Virus record (IMG/VR): IMGVR_UViG_3300035698_029580
Source: a virus
Taxonomy: Duplodnaviria > Caudoviricetes
Strand: one strand, 5' to 3'
Length of the DNA: 64,000 bases
Shown: one piece after another, positions 1 to 10,577 of the stretch
Numbering within the stretch: position 1 is the stretch's first letter
Layout of the letters: each line of letters opens with the position of its first letter
Made by a program: the position numbers and the translations under genes
The notes under the pieces: generated by a model
Seen by the model: the letters and a program-made list of their open reading frames with translations, nothing else
What the model was told of the DNA's origin: nothing
Database searches by the model: none

Positions 1-55
1 GTTTTTACCTTTCCAATATATAAGGTTTCATTCCTTTTGCTTTTCTATCTTGAGG

Positions 56-430
56 CTAACCAAGCCATAATGTTTTTCCTTTTGTATTTTCTAAACGATG
101 ATAATAAGATGTTCCATATTCCAAGGGTACCAAGTTGTATTTTTGTAAAAGTTTTTTTTCTAAAGAACGAAATTCTTTACCATGATTATCATCATAGTAA
201 ACATGATATCTTATAAGGTGAGCTATTTCGTGTATCACATAAGCTATAAAATAGTGAATACCTCCTTGTTCATAAGTAGCTATGGGTATGGAAATATATC
301 TTGTCTCAAATCTAATCCTGCCACGTGTTTTTAAATTTTTAACTTTTATATTATATGGTTCTAGATTATATTTTTCACAATAAATTTTAATTAGTTTTTC
401 TGCTATATTTTGCAATTTTTTAAGTGTCAT
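56..430 (-). CDS. SprT/YgjP-like zinc metallopeptidase
   Basis: HExxH motif (VIHEIAH) followed by a third His (NHGKEF), typical of SprT/M48-like minigluzincins. Confidence 0.75.
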   Translation of the reverse strand: MTLKKLQNIAEKLIKIYCEKYNLEPYNIKVKNLKTRGRIRFETRYISIPIATYEQGGIHYFIAYVIHEIAHLIRYHVYYDDNHGKEFRSLEKKLLQKYNLVPLEYGTSYYHRLENTKGKTLWLG

Positions 431-665
431 TATTATATTTTTCTATTTCCTTATATCTATATATTGTTGGGTATTCTTTTATTATTCTAGCACTGACTTT
501 AACATTCATTTGCCAACAATCTCCTTCTTTATGTCTTCCTCCATCAGAAACTATTTTCTCTGCTTCTTCTATAGTTTCTACAAATCCTATAGGGTTATAT
601 CCGTAAGCATCTCTATTTTCTAAATTATCTATCCAAGTTTTTTCAATTAAATAAATTTTATTCAT
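420..665 (-). CDS. hypothetical phage protein
   Basis: ATG ORF overlapping the next gene in a co-directional run. Confidence 0.6.
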   Translation of the reverse strand: MNKIYLIEKTWIDNLENRDAYGYNPIGFVETIEEAEKIVSDGGRHKEGDCWQMNVKVSARIIKEYPTIYRYKEIEKYNNDT

Positions 666-691
666 TTTTGTGTTCTAACTCTTTTAGTATT

Positions 692-922
692 TTAAGTATA
701 ATCTTTTGCTAAATTACAAATTATATGTCCTAACGTGGTCTTACCAGATCCCGGGGTCCCCCAGGTTATGATCCCTCTTTTATGTATTCCAACAGCATTA
801 TATTCTTTCAAATTTTTCAGAAAACCAAAAACTTCAATATCGAAAAGATTAATAATATCATCATCATAATAGTAATTGTCCCAAGTATATTTTTCATCAG
901 GAATAACTTCGTCAAATAAACT
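692..922 (-). pseudogene. AAA ATPase remnant with no start codon
   Basis: Manual minus-strand translation gives ...FLKNLKEYNAVGIHKRGIITWGTPGSGKTTLGHIICN...*, a Walker A in FtsH/BCS1-like context. It is bounded by stops and out of frame with the upstream ORF. Confidence 0.7.
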
Positions 923-1107
923 TCATCTATGAATTCTCTTATAAAATCTTCAGATAATTCTTGATTTCGAGTAATGAAATGCCAGTCTAATTCATCTTTA
1001 AATTCACGAATAAAATCTTCTGATAAAGTTGGAAATTCTTCAATTGCACAATTTAACTCTAATTTCTCAATTAATTTTTCAACTTCTTTTCTAACTGATT
1101 TTTTCAT
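817..1107 (-). pseudogene. truncated Trp-repeat family protein
   Basis: Same N-terminus (MKKSVRKEVEKLI) and LSEDFIREFKD repeats as 57403/61891/62578; its tail is the off-frame read of the AAA remnant. Confidence 0.65.
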
Positions 1108-1921
1108 AATATTCTTTCCATTCTTCAAGTGCTATTCTACTAACTTCTTTAACAATTGGTACAGGGTCCGAAAAATACAATCCTGAACAACTAAAACTAT
1201 TTGCTTCAAGTAAATGATATTGACCATCAGATTTACAAATATCTAAGGTATAAGCTCTATCTGGTTGCCAATCTGTTTTTGCTACTTCTTCCGCAAAATA
1301 AAATGCATCAATATTTATTTCTCTTTTTGAGTTTAATCTATCATTTTTTCTATATTGACTAAATGCTTCTATTTTTCTATCAACAATAAAACATCTCCAT
1401 TCTACATCTATTTTTTTAGGGGGAGCAATAATAACAATAATTTGGTCTAAATCTTTTCCCGCATAGTTTCCAAATAATTCAAATTCTTTTTCTAACCTAT
1501 CATATTCAACAAGTTGTCCTGTGAATGTTTTTGCTCCAGAATTAGGGCGGATAAAAATACTTCCTTTTATTCCAAAATTATTAAAAATATATTCTCTTTG
1601 TCTTAATACTTCCATCATCGGAAGCATTATATAATTTTTATTTAATAAATATTTTGCCCAATAAGAGTAATAGACATTACAACAAAAATTTGCAAAATTA
1701 CAATAAACCCCCGGAACCCAAGTTTTTTGTCTTTGTAATTGTCTAGCAAGATTTAGGGAACCATAAAATACAACACAATCATCATTATTGAAGAAGTTAT
1801 ATTCTCCACTTTCAAATGGATGATATTTTGTGGTTTCCAGAACCATTCCTTGCTTTACAACTTCGTCCATTAAAGGTTGTAAGGAACTATCATATTCTTC
1901 TATTAACCACTTAACTTTCAT
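1091..1921 (-). CDS. ATP-grasp domain protein (DUF4343/R2K-like)
   Basis: FIRPNSGAKTFTG, EWRCF, YTLDI and LLEANSFSCSGLY motifs. Confidence 0.75.
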   Translation of the reverse strand: MKVKWLIEEYDSSLQPLMDEVVKQGMVLETTKYHPFESGEYNFFNNDDCVVFYGSLNLARQLQRQKTWVPGVYCNFANFCCNVYYSYWAKYLLNKNYIMLPMMEVLRQREYIFNNFGIKGSIFIRPNSGAKTFTGQLVEYDRLEKEFELFGNYAGKDLDQIIVIIAPPKKIDVEWRCFIVDRKIEAFSQYRKNDRLNSKREINIDAFYFAEEVAKTDWQPDRAYTLDICKSDGQYHLLEANSFSCSGLYFSDPVPIVKEVSRIALEEWKEYYEKIS

Positions 1922-2196
1922 TCTTGGTTTTCTTTTTCACTCATCAATTCTTGAACAAAATCATCTAGCAATTGAATTGAGTCAAAATTAATTGCTAATA
2001 AATCTTCTTCGTTTATAACATTTACTGTGCCTTCTGAACAGAGAATTCTTGTATTATTAGGCAAAGTGATAGTTTCATTTAAACCAAAAATTTCAACTTT
2101 TCTTTTTATTGTATATGGTTTGCTTCCTGTTGGTTTGTAAACAACAGATCCATCTGGTATGTTCCATGCACTCAGTATTAATTTGAAAGTTTCCAT
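1918..2196 (-). CDS. hypothetical protein
   Basis: ATG ORF, ATGA overlap with the downstream gene. Confidence 0.6.
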   Translation of the reverse strand: METFKLILSAWNIPDGSVVYKPTGSKPYTIKRKVEIFGLNETITLPNNTRILCSEGTVNVINEEDLLAINFDSIQLLDDFVQELMSEKENQE

Positions 2197-2226
2197 ATTA
2201 CTTGCCTTTCAACGAGTTTTTAAAAT

Positions 2227-3453
2227 CTAATTATCTAAAGGTTGGTTAAGGAACATCCATTTGGCTACCTTTATGGCTTCCTTGTCTCCACATTCTTTTC
2301 CGATATCATCAGAAAGTTTTACAACAGGAATAATTTTTCCATTTTGTTCTATGGAATAAAGTTTTATTACCATATTTAAAGCGGGACTATTAGGCATATC
2401 ATTTGTAAAATGAGTTCCTATTCCGAAAGAACATTTAATTTTTCCCTCACAATATTCTTTTATTTTAATAGCCTTTTCTACATTAAGGGCATCACTAAAT
2501 ACAATTGTTTTTGATAAAGGATCAATTCCTAATTTTTTATAATGAGATACCATCTTATCTGTGAATACAAATGGATTACCCGAATCTTGTCGAATTCCAT
2601 CAAATAATTTTGCTAATCTCATATCGAAATTATTTAAAAAAGCATCGGTTCCGTAAGTGTCTGTGAGCATAATTCCTAATTCTGTGCCAAATACTTTTAT
2701 CCAATTTTGCATTGCAAAATAATTTGCATTTCTTAGTCCTTCTAGTGCAGAACATCCTTGGATGAGTTCATGTCCCATTGTTCCGATTGCTTTTAAATTA
2801 TATATTCTGGCCAAATTTACATTGCTTGTTCCCCCAAAAGTACTTTGGGGATTTTTATATTGTGCAAATGTTTCTACAACTGTTTTTTGAACCCGATAGC
2901 TTCGACGGCGACGAGTTCCGAAATCTGCAAATTTACATCCATTTTTTGTTAAAGCATCTATTTTTTCCCATGCCTTTTCTCTTTGTTCTTTTAAAACTTT
3001 CATAGAATTATAGTCAGTACTTTCTTGAGTCTGAAAATACAATTCACTAATTATTGCCATAAGAGGAACTTCAAATAAAATTGTTTCTACCCATGGTCCA
3101 ATTATTTTAAGCGAAAAATCTTTTCCCTCTTCAACTTCAATTTTTACTTGATGAGGTTTAAAACGAAAATTTTTCAAATACGCAACATAACCTTTCCCTA
3201 AATAAGGACAACTTTCCATTAAAAAATCTTCTTCATAATCTTGTAATTGTAATCTAGATAATTTACTAATTTCTTTTTTTAATCTTTGTATAAAGATGGG
3301 ATTAGCAAAATCATGTTTACCCCTATTAGTAAATCTATATTCAGCAATAGCATCAGGATACAGGTCTAGTACAAATTTCTGCATTGAAAATTTATATAAG
3401 TCACTATCTAGCAAACTCTGAATTATTCTATTCGGTTGACTTATGAGCGACAT
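2227..3453 (-). CDS. pncB: nicotinate phosphoribosyltransferase
   Basis: SLLDSDLYKFSM, DFGTRRR, GTSNV, GTMGHE, LTDTYG, GIRQDSG, FSDAL, FGIGT and KLSD motifs. Confidence 0.92.
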   Translation of the reverse strand: MSLISQPNRIIQSLLDSDLYKFSMQKFVLDLYPDAIAEYRFTNRGKHDFANPIFIQRLKKEISKLSRLQLQDYEEDFLMESCPYLGKGYVAYLKNFRFKPHQVKIEVEEGKDFSLKIIGPWVETILFEVPLMAIISELYFQTQESTDYNSMKVLKEQREKAWEKIDALTKNGCKFADFGTRRRRSYRVQKTVVETFAQYKNPQSTFGGTSNVNLARIYNLKAIGTMGHELIQGCSALEGLRNANYFAMQNWIKVFGTELGIMLTDTYGTDAFLNNFDMRLAKLFDGIRQDSGNPFVFTDKMVSHYKKLGIDPLSKTIVFSDALNVEKAIKIKEYCEGKIKCSFGIGTHFTNDMPNSPALNMVIKLYSIEQNGKIIPVVKLSDDIGKECGDKEAIKVAKWMFLNQPLDN

Positions 3454-4141
3454 TGCAAACTCCTTCTATTTCACTTATAACATTTGCCACATGTTTTATA
3501 ATAAATCTATTTGATAAAGGCTTTAAACAACTCCATTCTATCACTTGTTCTTTTAATCTTCTAAGCAATAAATCACTGAACCAAGATGGTAAATATTTGA
3601 TTTCTAGGGTTAAATTATTTATCTCTTTGCTTCCCGTATATATTAAGGCTTGAAGTGCATTCATTACTAATGCTCCTCCAAAGCTATGAAGTTCTTTGCC
3701 TTTGTATACTGTTTTTGATGGAAATAAATCATTTAACATTAATTTTTTAATTTCTTTGGCCATTTCTTCATAATGATCTGGACCATTTACACGATTAGCA
3801 ATAAATTTACGTTTTATCATCTTCATTATTTCTAATTGTATAGAAACTGGTGTATCATCTTTCATGAATTCAATAATTGAGTCCATTTTGCTATCATCTA
3901 TTATTGCTATATATTTTCGTATGACTGAACCAACAGATGTCACATAACCTTCTTTATTTATATTTATTTTTATAAAATTAAAAAGAAATTTTTCTAGTTC
4001 CAATTCTTGTTTTGTAGTAAATTCTGTTATTTCAGCCCAAAGTACCAATTTTTGGTATTTATTGCAAGCGGGATGGAATAATGCCATTTGTTCTAAAATC
4101 TCTGTATTTGTCATTTCTTCTATATTTGTCATTTTATCCAT
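3428..4141 (-). CDS. hypothetical helical protein
   Basis: 237-aa ORF with AAGGA RBS; first gene of the leftward unit. Confidence 0.6.
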   Translation of the reverse strand: MDKMTNIEEMTNTEILEQMALFHPACNKYQKLVLWAEITEFTTKQELELEKFLFNFIKININKEGYVTSVGSVIRKYIAIIDDSKMDSIIEFMKDDTPVSIQLEIMKMIKRKFIANRVNGPDHYEEMAKEIKKLMLNDLFPSKTVYKGKELHSFGGALVMNALQALIYTGSKEINNLTLEIKYLPSWFSDLLLRRLKEQVIEWSCLKPLSNRFIIKHVANVISEIEGVCNVAHKSTE

Positions 4142-4346
4142 TCTTTATTCCTTTATTTACAAGGGTTTACGTATTTTACAGCCATTTCCTTCACTTTTTA
4201 ATGCTTTTCTCTATATATATCTATAGAAGGATATAATGCTGGAAAATTAGTAATTTAACTTATACGGCAATTCTTAGTTGTTGAAAAGTGAAAAAAATTT
4301 TTTTATAATAATTTTGTATTAAATATTAAAGATTTCTGGAGTTCAA

Positions 4347-5159
4347 ATGAAAAGTGATTTACTTGATTTATGGAAAAAATATAAGGAATTAAATGATGTA
4401 GAACAGAAGAACCAATTGATAGAATATTATTTTCCGTTAGTACAAAAAATTTCATATAAGGTAGCTAAGAGAATTGGTTGGAAATTACAGCCGGAGGAAT
4501 TAGCATCTTATGGAGTCGATGGACTATATTCAGCAATAGAAAAATTTGATTTAGATAGAGAGATCAAATTTGAGACATATGCTGGTGGAAGAATTTGGGG
4601 GGCAATGATAGATGAATTACGACGACAGGATCAGGTTCCAAGAACGGTTAGAATTAATACAACAAAATTTTTAAATAAAAAACATGAATTAGAATCTGCA
4701 CAAGGTATATCTGTTTCTGATGATGAAGTAGCGGAGGCAATAGGATTAGATATTAAAGAATTTAATCTGTCTAATCGTAAATATAAAGCCGTAACTTTTT
4801 CTAGTTTAAATGCTGCTATTGCTAATGATGAAGAAATAAAAGAGTCTCTAAATATAAATATGATAGACGAGAAAGCTTGTCAGCCAGAAGGACATCTTCT
4901 TAGACGAGAATTTTTAAGTAAATTGGTTGGTAAAGATTTTACCAAACTTGAGAAAAAAATTATTTATTATTATTTTTATAAAAAATATACCATGGAAAAT
5001 ATAGCTCAAGTTGTTGGTCTTTCTGAATCTAGAATAAGCCAGGTATATAAAGATATTACAGAAAGATTACGAGATAAAATAAGAAGAAATCCAAATTATT
5101 TTGACGAAGATATTTATAAAGTAATTTCATTATGTTCCATAAGAGAACCAATAATTTAG
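4347..5159 (+). CDS. sigma-70 family group 3 factor, FliA/WhiG-like
   Basis: Region 2 (GLYSAIEKFD..KFETYA..RIWGAMIDELRRQD) and region 4 HTH (TMENIAQVVGLSESRISQ). Confidence 0.9.
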   Translation: MKSDLLDLWKKYKELNDVEQKNQLIEYYFPLVQKISYKVAKRIGWKLQPEELASYGVDGLYSAIEKFDLDREIKFETYAGGRIWGAMIDELRRQDQVPRTVRINTTKFLNKKHELESAQGISVSDDEVAEAIGLDIKEFNLSNRKYKAVTFSSLNAAIANDEEIKESLNINMIDEKACQPEGHLLRREFLSKLVGKDFTKLEKKIIYYYFYKKYTMENIAQVVGLSESRISQVYKDITERLRDKIRRNPNYFDEDIYKVISLCSIREPII

Positions 5160-5166
5160 GAAAAAA

Positions 5167-6192
5167 ATGTTTTCACTAGAGTCTATTAGTGTTCTTGCTG
5201 AACAAGAAAATAAATATCTATCTTTTCCCGACATAATTGCAAGTCCCAAAGATAGGAACAAATACTTTATTGTTTTTAGAAGTGGAGATGAACATCATCC
5301 TACAAAATCAACATTACACATATTATCATCAAATGATTGTTGCAAAACTTGGGAAAAAACAGATAGTCTAACATTACAATTGTCTACTAATGGTTATGTT
5401 TGGAATTGTCCTCGTCTTAGTTTATTTGATGATGGAGATATTCATATGGTAGCTGATGTTAAAAGTAGTCAGTCTGAAGCTATTGCTAAATTTATGATTG
5501 TACAAGCTGTAATTTCAGAAAAAGGAAAAATTGTACTTCCTAAAATTATGTTTTCTAATGGCATGGTACCCGATAAAATTGTTAAGTTTAAAAATAAATT
5601 ATTTTGTGCTAATCATTACGTCTCATTATATCAAGTATTGTCTAGTGATGATAAAGAAAAGAAAAAAATAAAAACTCGTTATACTCAAGCTATTAATTGG
5701 TCTGATAATAATGGTTTAACATGGACCAATAAAAGTATTATTCAACAGGGAACTCAAAATCTTTTTTGTGAAGCTTCTGTTGTAAATTGTGCTGATAAAT
5801 TTTTATTAGCTTTTGTAAGAAATAATAAATCTAGAATGGAATATATTGCCTGTTTTAGATCATATAACGGAACAAATTGGGACAGAATAACAGATGTTCC
5901 ATATTTTGGGCATAGAATGGTAGCGTTTTGTGATAAAAATGAAATATTTGGTGTTTTTAGAGAAACTAATAAAATGGGACTTGCCCTGTATCACTCTAAA
6001 TTAGATTTATATAATGATGAAGAATTTGATAAAGAAGTTTTTTATGTAGAAATGGAAGAACGAAAAAACTTGTATAATTTTGGTTATGCGGGACTTGTTC
6101 GATTAAATAAAAACTTATTCTATGTTACATATTATATACAGCAAGATAGGGCTAATCCTGTAATCAAAGGGGCATTTGTGAGATATGATTAA
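5167..6192 (+). CDS. BNR/Asp-box beta-propeller (sialidase-like)
   Basis: Asp boxes SNDCCKTW, SDNNGLTW and SYNGTNW; FPD motif near the N-terminus. Confidence 0.75.
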   Translation: MFSLESISVLAEQENKYLSFPDIIASPKDRNKYFIVFRSGDEHHPTKSTLHILSSNDCCKTWEKTDSLTLQLSTNGYVWNCPRLSLFDDGDIHMVADVKSSQSEAIAKFMIVQAVISEKGKIVLPKIMFSNGMVPDKIVKFKNKLFCANHYVSLYQVLSSDDKEKKKIKTRYTQAINWSDNNGLTWTNKSIIQQGTQNLFCEASVVNCADKFLLAFVRNNKSRMEYIACFRSYNGTNWDRITDVPYFGHRMVAFCDKNEIFGVFRETNKMGLALYHSKLDLYNDEEFDKEVFYVEMEERKNLYNFGYAGLVRLNKNLFYVTYYIQQDRANPVIKGAFVRYD

Positions 6193-6700
6193 AGTTATAC
6201 TGGGAGATATTCTTTATCCCAAGTCAGAAATTCTTGTATGTCCTTGTAATCTGTCTGGGACTGTTACCAAAGGTATTCCATCAATTATCTCTGGTGTGCT
6301 TGGTTCCGGAAGAAATCTAGTATTACAAATAAGAGAAATAACTAGCAGTAGAAAAGGAGAATTAAAAATTGGAGATTGTTTTTGGACAGAACCCTATCGG
6401 ATGAAAAGGAAAAGAGTAAAAAAAATTTGTCACACTATTGTAAGTGAAACACAAGAAGATTGTCCTTCTATACATATTGTAGAATCTTGTATGAAAACTG
6501 TTCTTCAAGAAGCAAAAGGAAAAGGTAAAAGTATTGCATTTCCTCCATTGATAGAAAGATGCTTAGATAAATTTTCTCTTGCTAAAAGAATGGTATTATC
6601 TTGTGAAAATTTTTCTGATATACTTGATATCAAGATTATATCAGATGATAAAGAATTTGTTAAGTACGCTCAAAAAAGTTTAAAGATTGAAATGGAATAA
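6185..6700 (+). CDS. macro domain protein (divergent)
   Basis: IKVILGDI..ILVCPCN, KKICH and SIAFP motifs; the GGG loop is degenerate. Confidence 0.7.
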   Translation: MIKVILGDILYPKSEILVCPCNLSGTVTKGIPSIISGVLGSGRNLVLQIREITSSRKGELKIGDCFWTEPYRMKRKRVKKICHTIVSETQEDCPSIHIVESCMKTVLQEAKGKGKSIAFPPLIERCLDKFSLAKRMVLSCENFSDILDIKIISDDKEFVKYAQKSLKIEME

Positions 6701-6703
6701 AAT

Positions 6704-7294
6704 ATGTCGTTGCGAAAACCAGCTTTGATTCTTAATAAAACATGGACACCCATTCGTATAAAAGATCTTAGATCTGTTATTAAGTTAGTATTTAAGGACA
6801 GGGCATCTATAGTAGATCCAAAAGATTATTCTGTTTATAATTGGGAACAATGGATAAAGTTACGTGTTGTTGATATCGAGAATATAATTATGACAACGCG
6901 TGGACCTATAAGATCTCCACAAATTCTTATACTTTCTTATTACGATAAGGTTCCTAATTATTCTTTAAGACTGACAAAACGTAATTTATTATTAAGAGAT
7001 GACCATAAGTGCCAATATACGGGAAAAAAATTGAAAATTTTTGAATTAGACATAGACCATGTCGTTCCTAAATCAAGAGGTGGAAAAACTAGATGGGATA
7101 ATTTGGTAACATGTTCTATAAAAGCAAATAGAAAAAAATCAAATAGAACTCCAGAAGAAGCTGGTTTAGAATTAATTACTAAACCTAAGAAACCAGTTGG
7201 TAACTTTTTCTGTGTAAATAGTAGGGAAGATATAGCAGATTGTTGGAGTAAATTTATTGATATAAATAGAATTAAAGTGTACAAACAAAAATAA
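6704..7294 (+). CDS. HNH endonuclease
   Basis: LLRDDHKCQYTG, DIDHVVPKSRGG..WDNLV..N..K; N-terminal ALILN..W.P extension. Confidence 0.88.
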   Translation: MSLRKPALILNKTWTPIRIKDLRSVIKLVFKDRASIVDPKDYSVYNWEQWIKLRVVDIENIIMTTRGPIRSPQILILSYYDKVPNYSLRLTKRNLLLRDDHKCQYTGKKLKIFELDIDHVVPKSRGGKTRWDNLVTCSIKANRKKSNRTPEEAGLELITKPKKPVGNFFCVNSREDIADCWSKFIDINRIKVYKQK

Positions 7295-7300
7295 AATTTA

Positions 7301-8014
7301 GTGAAAAAAAATAAGAATAAAAGTAAAATAAAACATAAATCTGTAGGACAAGCTGTAAAGCCAGTAAAAGAATGGGCTAATAGATTAAAAAATATTCCCT
7401 GTTTTATCGTGGGCAACGGTACTTCTTTAGACAAAGAACTGCCATATGATACAGCAAATAAACTAGAACCCTATTTTACCATAGGCATTAATAGAGCCTT
7501 TCTTCGTATAGAAACAACTGTGTTAATCTGGCAAGATATGTCCCTCTGGTTCCAAGAGAGAAAAAAAGTATCTAAATTAAAATCTATACTTTTAGCCAGA
7601 GATAGGGCAGATCCGGAAAATTTTGCATTTCATTTTCGTTTGGCAGGAAGAGAATATAAACTTGTCAACGATCCCACTACACTTTATGGTAGAGGTAGTT
7701 CAGGTGCTTTAGCATTTCAATTAGCCTATTCTTTTGGGTGTGATCCAATTATTTTATTGGGTATGGACTGTAAATATTTTGGCAATAAAACAAATTTTTA
7801 TGGGAATAATTCAGGACATAATCATTCAACTCTACCCAATTGTCTTAAAGGCTTAAAATGGGTAAGAGATTGTAAAAGTAAAAGAAAAATTATAAATTGT
7901 TCTGATAACGATGTTTTTAAAGAACGTCATCATTTAGATGATATTTTAAAAAAAATAAAAGATTTAGGATCTTGGTCACAAGTAGAGTTAAAAAAGATGC
8001 TGTTGTATGGTTAA
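7301..8014 (+). CDS. MptE/DUF115-like (Maf-type) glycosyltransferase-fold protein
   Basis: CFIVGNGTSL, TIGINR, ALAFQLAYSFGC..IILLGMD and IINCS motifs. Confidence 0.7.
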   Translation: MKKNKNKSKIKHKSVGQAVKPVKEWANRLKNIPCFIVGNGTSLDKELPYDTANKLEPYFTIGINRAFLRIETTVLIWQDMSLWFQERKKVSKLKSILLARDRADPENFAFHFRLAGREYKLVNDPTTLYGRGSSGALAFQLAYSFGCDPIILLGMDCKYFGNKTNFYGNNSGHNHSTLPNCLKGLKWVRDCKSKRKIINCSDNDVFKERHHLDDILKKIKDLGSWSQVELKKMLLYG

Positions 8015-8112
8015 ATGCCGTTGTAAAAAACTTTTTAAAAATCTGAAGGATTAATTTTGCACCAAGACAAAGTTTATAAGAGACAATTAACCTTTAAAAA
8101 GTGGAGAGTGCA

Positions 8113-10557
8113 ATGGCGGATATTGAACCAGTGGAATATACTTATGATCAAGTTTTTGAAGCATCATTAGAATATTTTAAGGGGGATGAATTAGCTGCTA
8201 AAGTTTTTGTAGATAAATATGCTTTAAGAGACAAAGAGGGGAATATTTTAGAAAAAACTCCTGAAGATATGCATAGGAGAATTGCTAAAGAAATAGCTAA
8301 AGTTGAAAAAAACAAGTTTAAAAAACCCTATACAGAAGAAGAAATTTATTATTATCTCAAAGATTTTAAATATATCGTTCCACAAGGAAGTAGTTTAAGT
8401 GGAATAGGGAATAATTCTCAATTTGTTAGTTTAAGTAATTGTTTCGTGGTTTCATCTCCTTTAGATAGTTATTCTTCTATTTGCAAGACAGATGAGCAAA
8501 TAGTGAGCATAAGTAAGCGTAGAGGAGGAGTCGGGCTGGATGTTTCTAATCTAAGACCTGTCGGTACGTCCACTTCAAATGCTGCTAGATCTTCCACAGG
8601 AATTGTTTCTTTTTGTAAAAGATATTCTAATACTATTAGAGAAGTCGGTCAGGCGGGCCGTCGAGGGGCATTAATATTGACAATTTCTGTTCATCATCCA
8701 CAAATTTTAGATTTTGTAGAAATGAAAAGGGATTTAACCAAGGTTACGGGAGCCAATATATCTGTTCGTTTAACAAATGAATTTCTTAATGCAGTACATA
8801 ATAATGAAGAATATGAGCAAAAATGGCCAGTAGATTCAGATAGTCCAAAAATATCTCAAATGGTTGATGCAAAAATAATTTGGGATAAGATTATAGAAAA
8901 TGCGTGGTCTTTTGCAGAACCCGGTTTATTATTCTGGAATAATATTATCGATGAAAGTCCTGCTGATTGTTATTCTGATTTAGGGTTCAAAACCATTTCG
9001 ACGAATCCCTGTTCAGAATTACCGTTAAGTGGATTTGATTCTTGTCGTCTTCTCTTGTTAAATTTATATAGTTATGTGGATTTTCCATTTACTTCTAAAG
9101 CAAAATTCAATTTTGATAAGTTTTGTAGACATGCTAAAGTAGCTCAAAGATTTATGGATGATATAGTTGATTTAGAACTAATATCAATAAAAAAGATTAT
9201 AAAAAAAATAGAAAACGATCCAGAACCAATGGAAATCAAAAGAGATGAACTTCAATTGTGGAAAAATATTCACAAGTATTGCAAACAGGGTAGAAGAACT
9301 GGAACTGGGGTAAATGCAGTAGGAGATGTTTTAGCATCTTGTAATATAAAATATGGCTCTCCAAAGAGTATTAAATTTTTAGATGAAGTGTTTAGAACTT
9401 TAAAGTTGGCTTGTTATCGTTCATCAGTTGATATGTCTAAAGAAATTGGAGCATTTGAAGTATATAATTATGACTTAGAAAAAAATAATTGTTTTTTGTC
9501 TCGTATAAAAGATGAAGATAAAAAATTGTGGAAAGATATGAAAAAATATGGAAGAAGAAATATTGCATTATTAACTTTAGCTCCTTCTGGAAGTGTTAGT
9601 ATTTTAACACAAACAACATCAGGTATAGAACCTTTGTTTCAAATGTCCTATAAAAGGCGTAAAAAAATAAATAATGAATTAAATGCAAAAGTAGATTTTG
9701 TAGATGATAGTGGAGATAAATGGCAAGAATTTGAAGTTTTACATCCTAAAATAAAAGAATGGGAAGAAGTCTCTGGCAAAAATGATATTACATTGTCTCC
9801 ATGGCATGGATGTTGTGCTTCAGATATTGATTGGAAGTCTAGAGTTGAACTACAGGCTGTTGTAAATAAACACATAGATCATTCAATATCGAGTACTATA
9901 AATTTGCCTCAAGAAGCAACTTTAGAAGATGTATCAACCATTTATAAAACAGCTTGGAAAAGCGGTTGCAAAGGAGTAACCGTATATAGAGATGGTTGTC
10001 GTTCAGGAGTTTTAATTTCTGAAAAAAAATCTAATGAATGTCAAATTAAAAAAACCACTTGTCCTAAAAGACCAAAAACCCTTCCTTGCGATATTCACCA
10101 TACTTCAGTAAAAGGAGAAGAATATTTTGTTATAGTTGGTCTTTTAAACAATGAACCATATGAAGTTTTTGCTGGAAAAAATGGACAGGTTATTAAACGA
10201 GGCAATACCAAAGGGTTCACAACAAAAGTAAAAAGAGGCCAATATCAAGTAGAAATGGAAAATGGTGTTGTCTTCGAAGATATTAATCAATTTATTAGTG
10301 ATGACCAGGAAAGTATTACACGATTAATATCTACTGCATTGAGACACGGATCTGATATACAATTTATTGTACATCAAATTGAAAAGACAAAGGGAGACAT
10401 GATGAGTTTTGGCAAGGCTATTGCCAGAACATTAAAAAAATATATAAAAGACGGTTCTAAGGTAACTGGGGAAGAATGTCCAAATTGCAAAAATAGTGAT
10501 TTAAGACGAGCTGAAGGCTGTATAAGCTGTACTTGCGGCTGGACCAAATGTGCTTAA
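8113..10557 (+). CDS. nrdJ: class II (B12-dependent) ribonucleotide reductase with C-terminal TSCPD/Zn-ribbon region
   Basis: SNCF, RRGA, ANISV, TNPCSEL, LAPSGS, TSGIEP, SSTIN, GCKGVTVYRDG and terminal CxxC motifs; GGAG RBS before ATG 8113. Confidence 0.92.
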   Translation: MADIEPVEYTYDQVFEASLEYFKGDELAAKVFVDKYALRDKEGNILEKTPEDMHRRIAKEIAKVEKNKFKKPYTEEEIYYYLKDFKYIVPQGSSLSGIGNNSQFVSLSNCFVVSSPLDSYSSICKTDEQIVSISKRRGGVGLDVSNLRPVGTSTSNAARSSTGIVSFCKRYSNTIREVGQAGRRGALILTISVHHPQILDFVEMKRDLTKVTGANISVRLTNEFLNAVHNNEEYEQKWPVDSDSPKISQMVDAKIIWDKIIENAWSFAEPGLLFWNNIIDESPADCYSDLGFKTISTNPCSELPLSGFDSCRLLLLNLYSYVDFPFTSKAKFNFDKFCRHAKVAQRFMDDIVDLELISIKKIIKKIENDPEPMEIKRDELQLWKNIHKYCKQGRRTGTGVNAVGDVLASCNIKYGSPKSIKFLDEVFRTLKLACYRSSVDMSKEIGAFEVYNYDLEKNNCFLSRIKDEDKKLWKDMKKYGRRNIALLTLAPSGSVSILTQTTSGIEPLFQMSYKRRKKINNELNAKVDFVDDSGDKWQEFEVLHPKIKEWEEVSGKNDITLSPWHGCCASDIDWKSRVELQAVVNKHIDHSISSTINLPQEATLEDVSTIYKTAWKSGCKGVTVYRDGCRSGVLISEKKSNECQIKKTTCPKRPKTLPCDIHHTSVKGEEYFVIVGLLNNEPYEVFAGKNGQVIKRGNTKGFTTKVKRGQYQVEMENGVVFEDINQFISDDQESITRLISTALRHGSDIQFIVHQIEKTKGDMMSFGKAIARTLKKYIKDGSKVTGEECPNCKNSDLRRAEGCISCTCGWTKCA

Positions 10558-10577
10558 TTTTTAAAGAAAGGAAAAAA

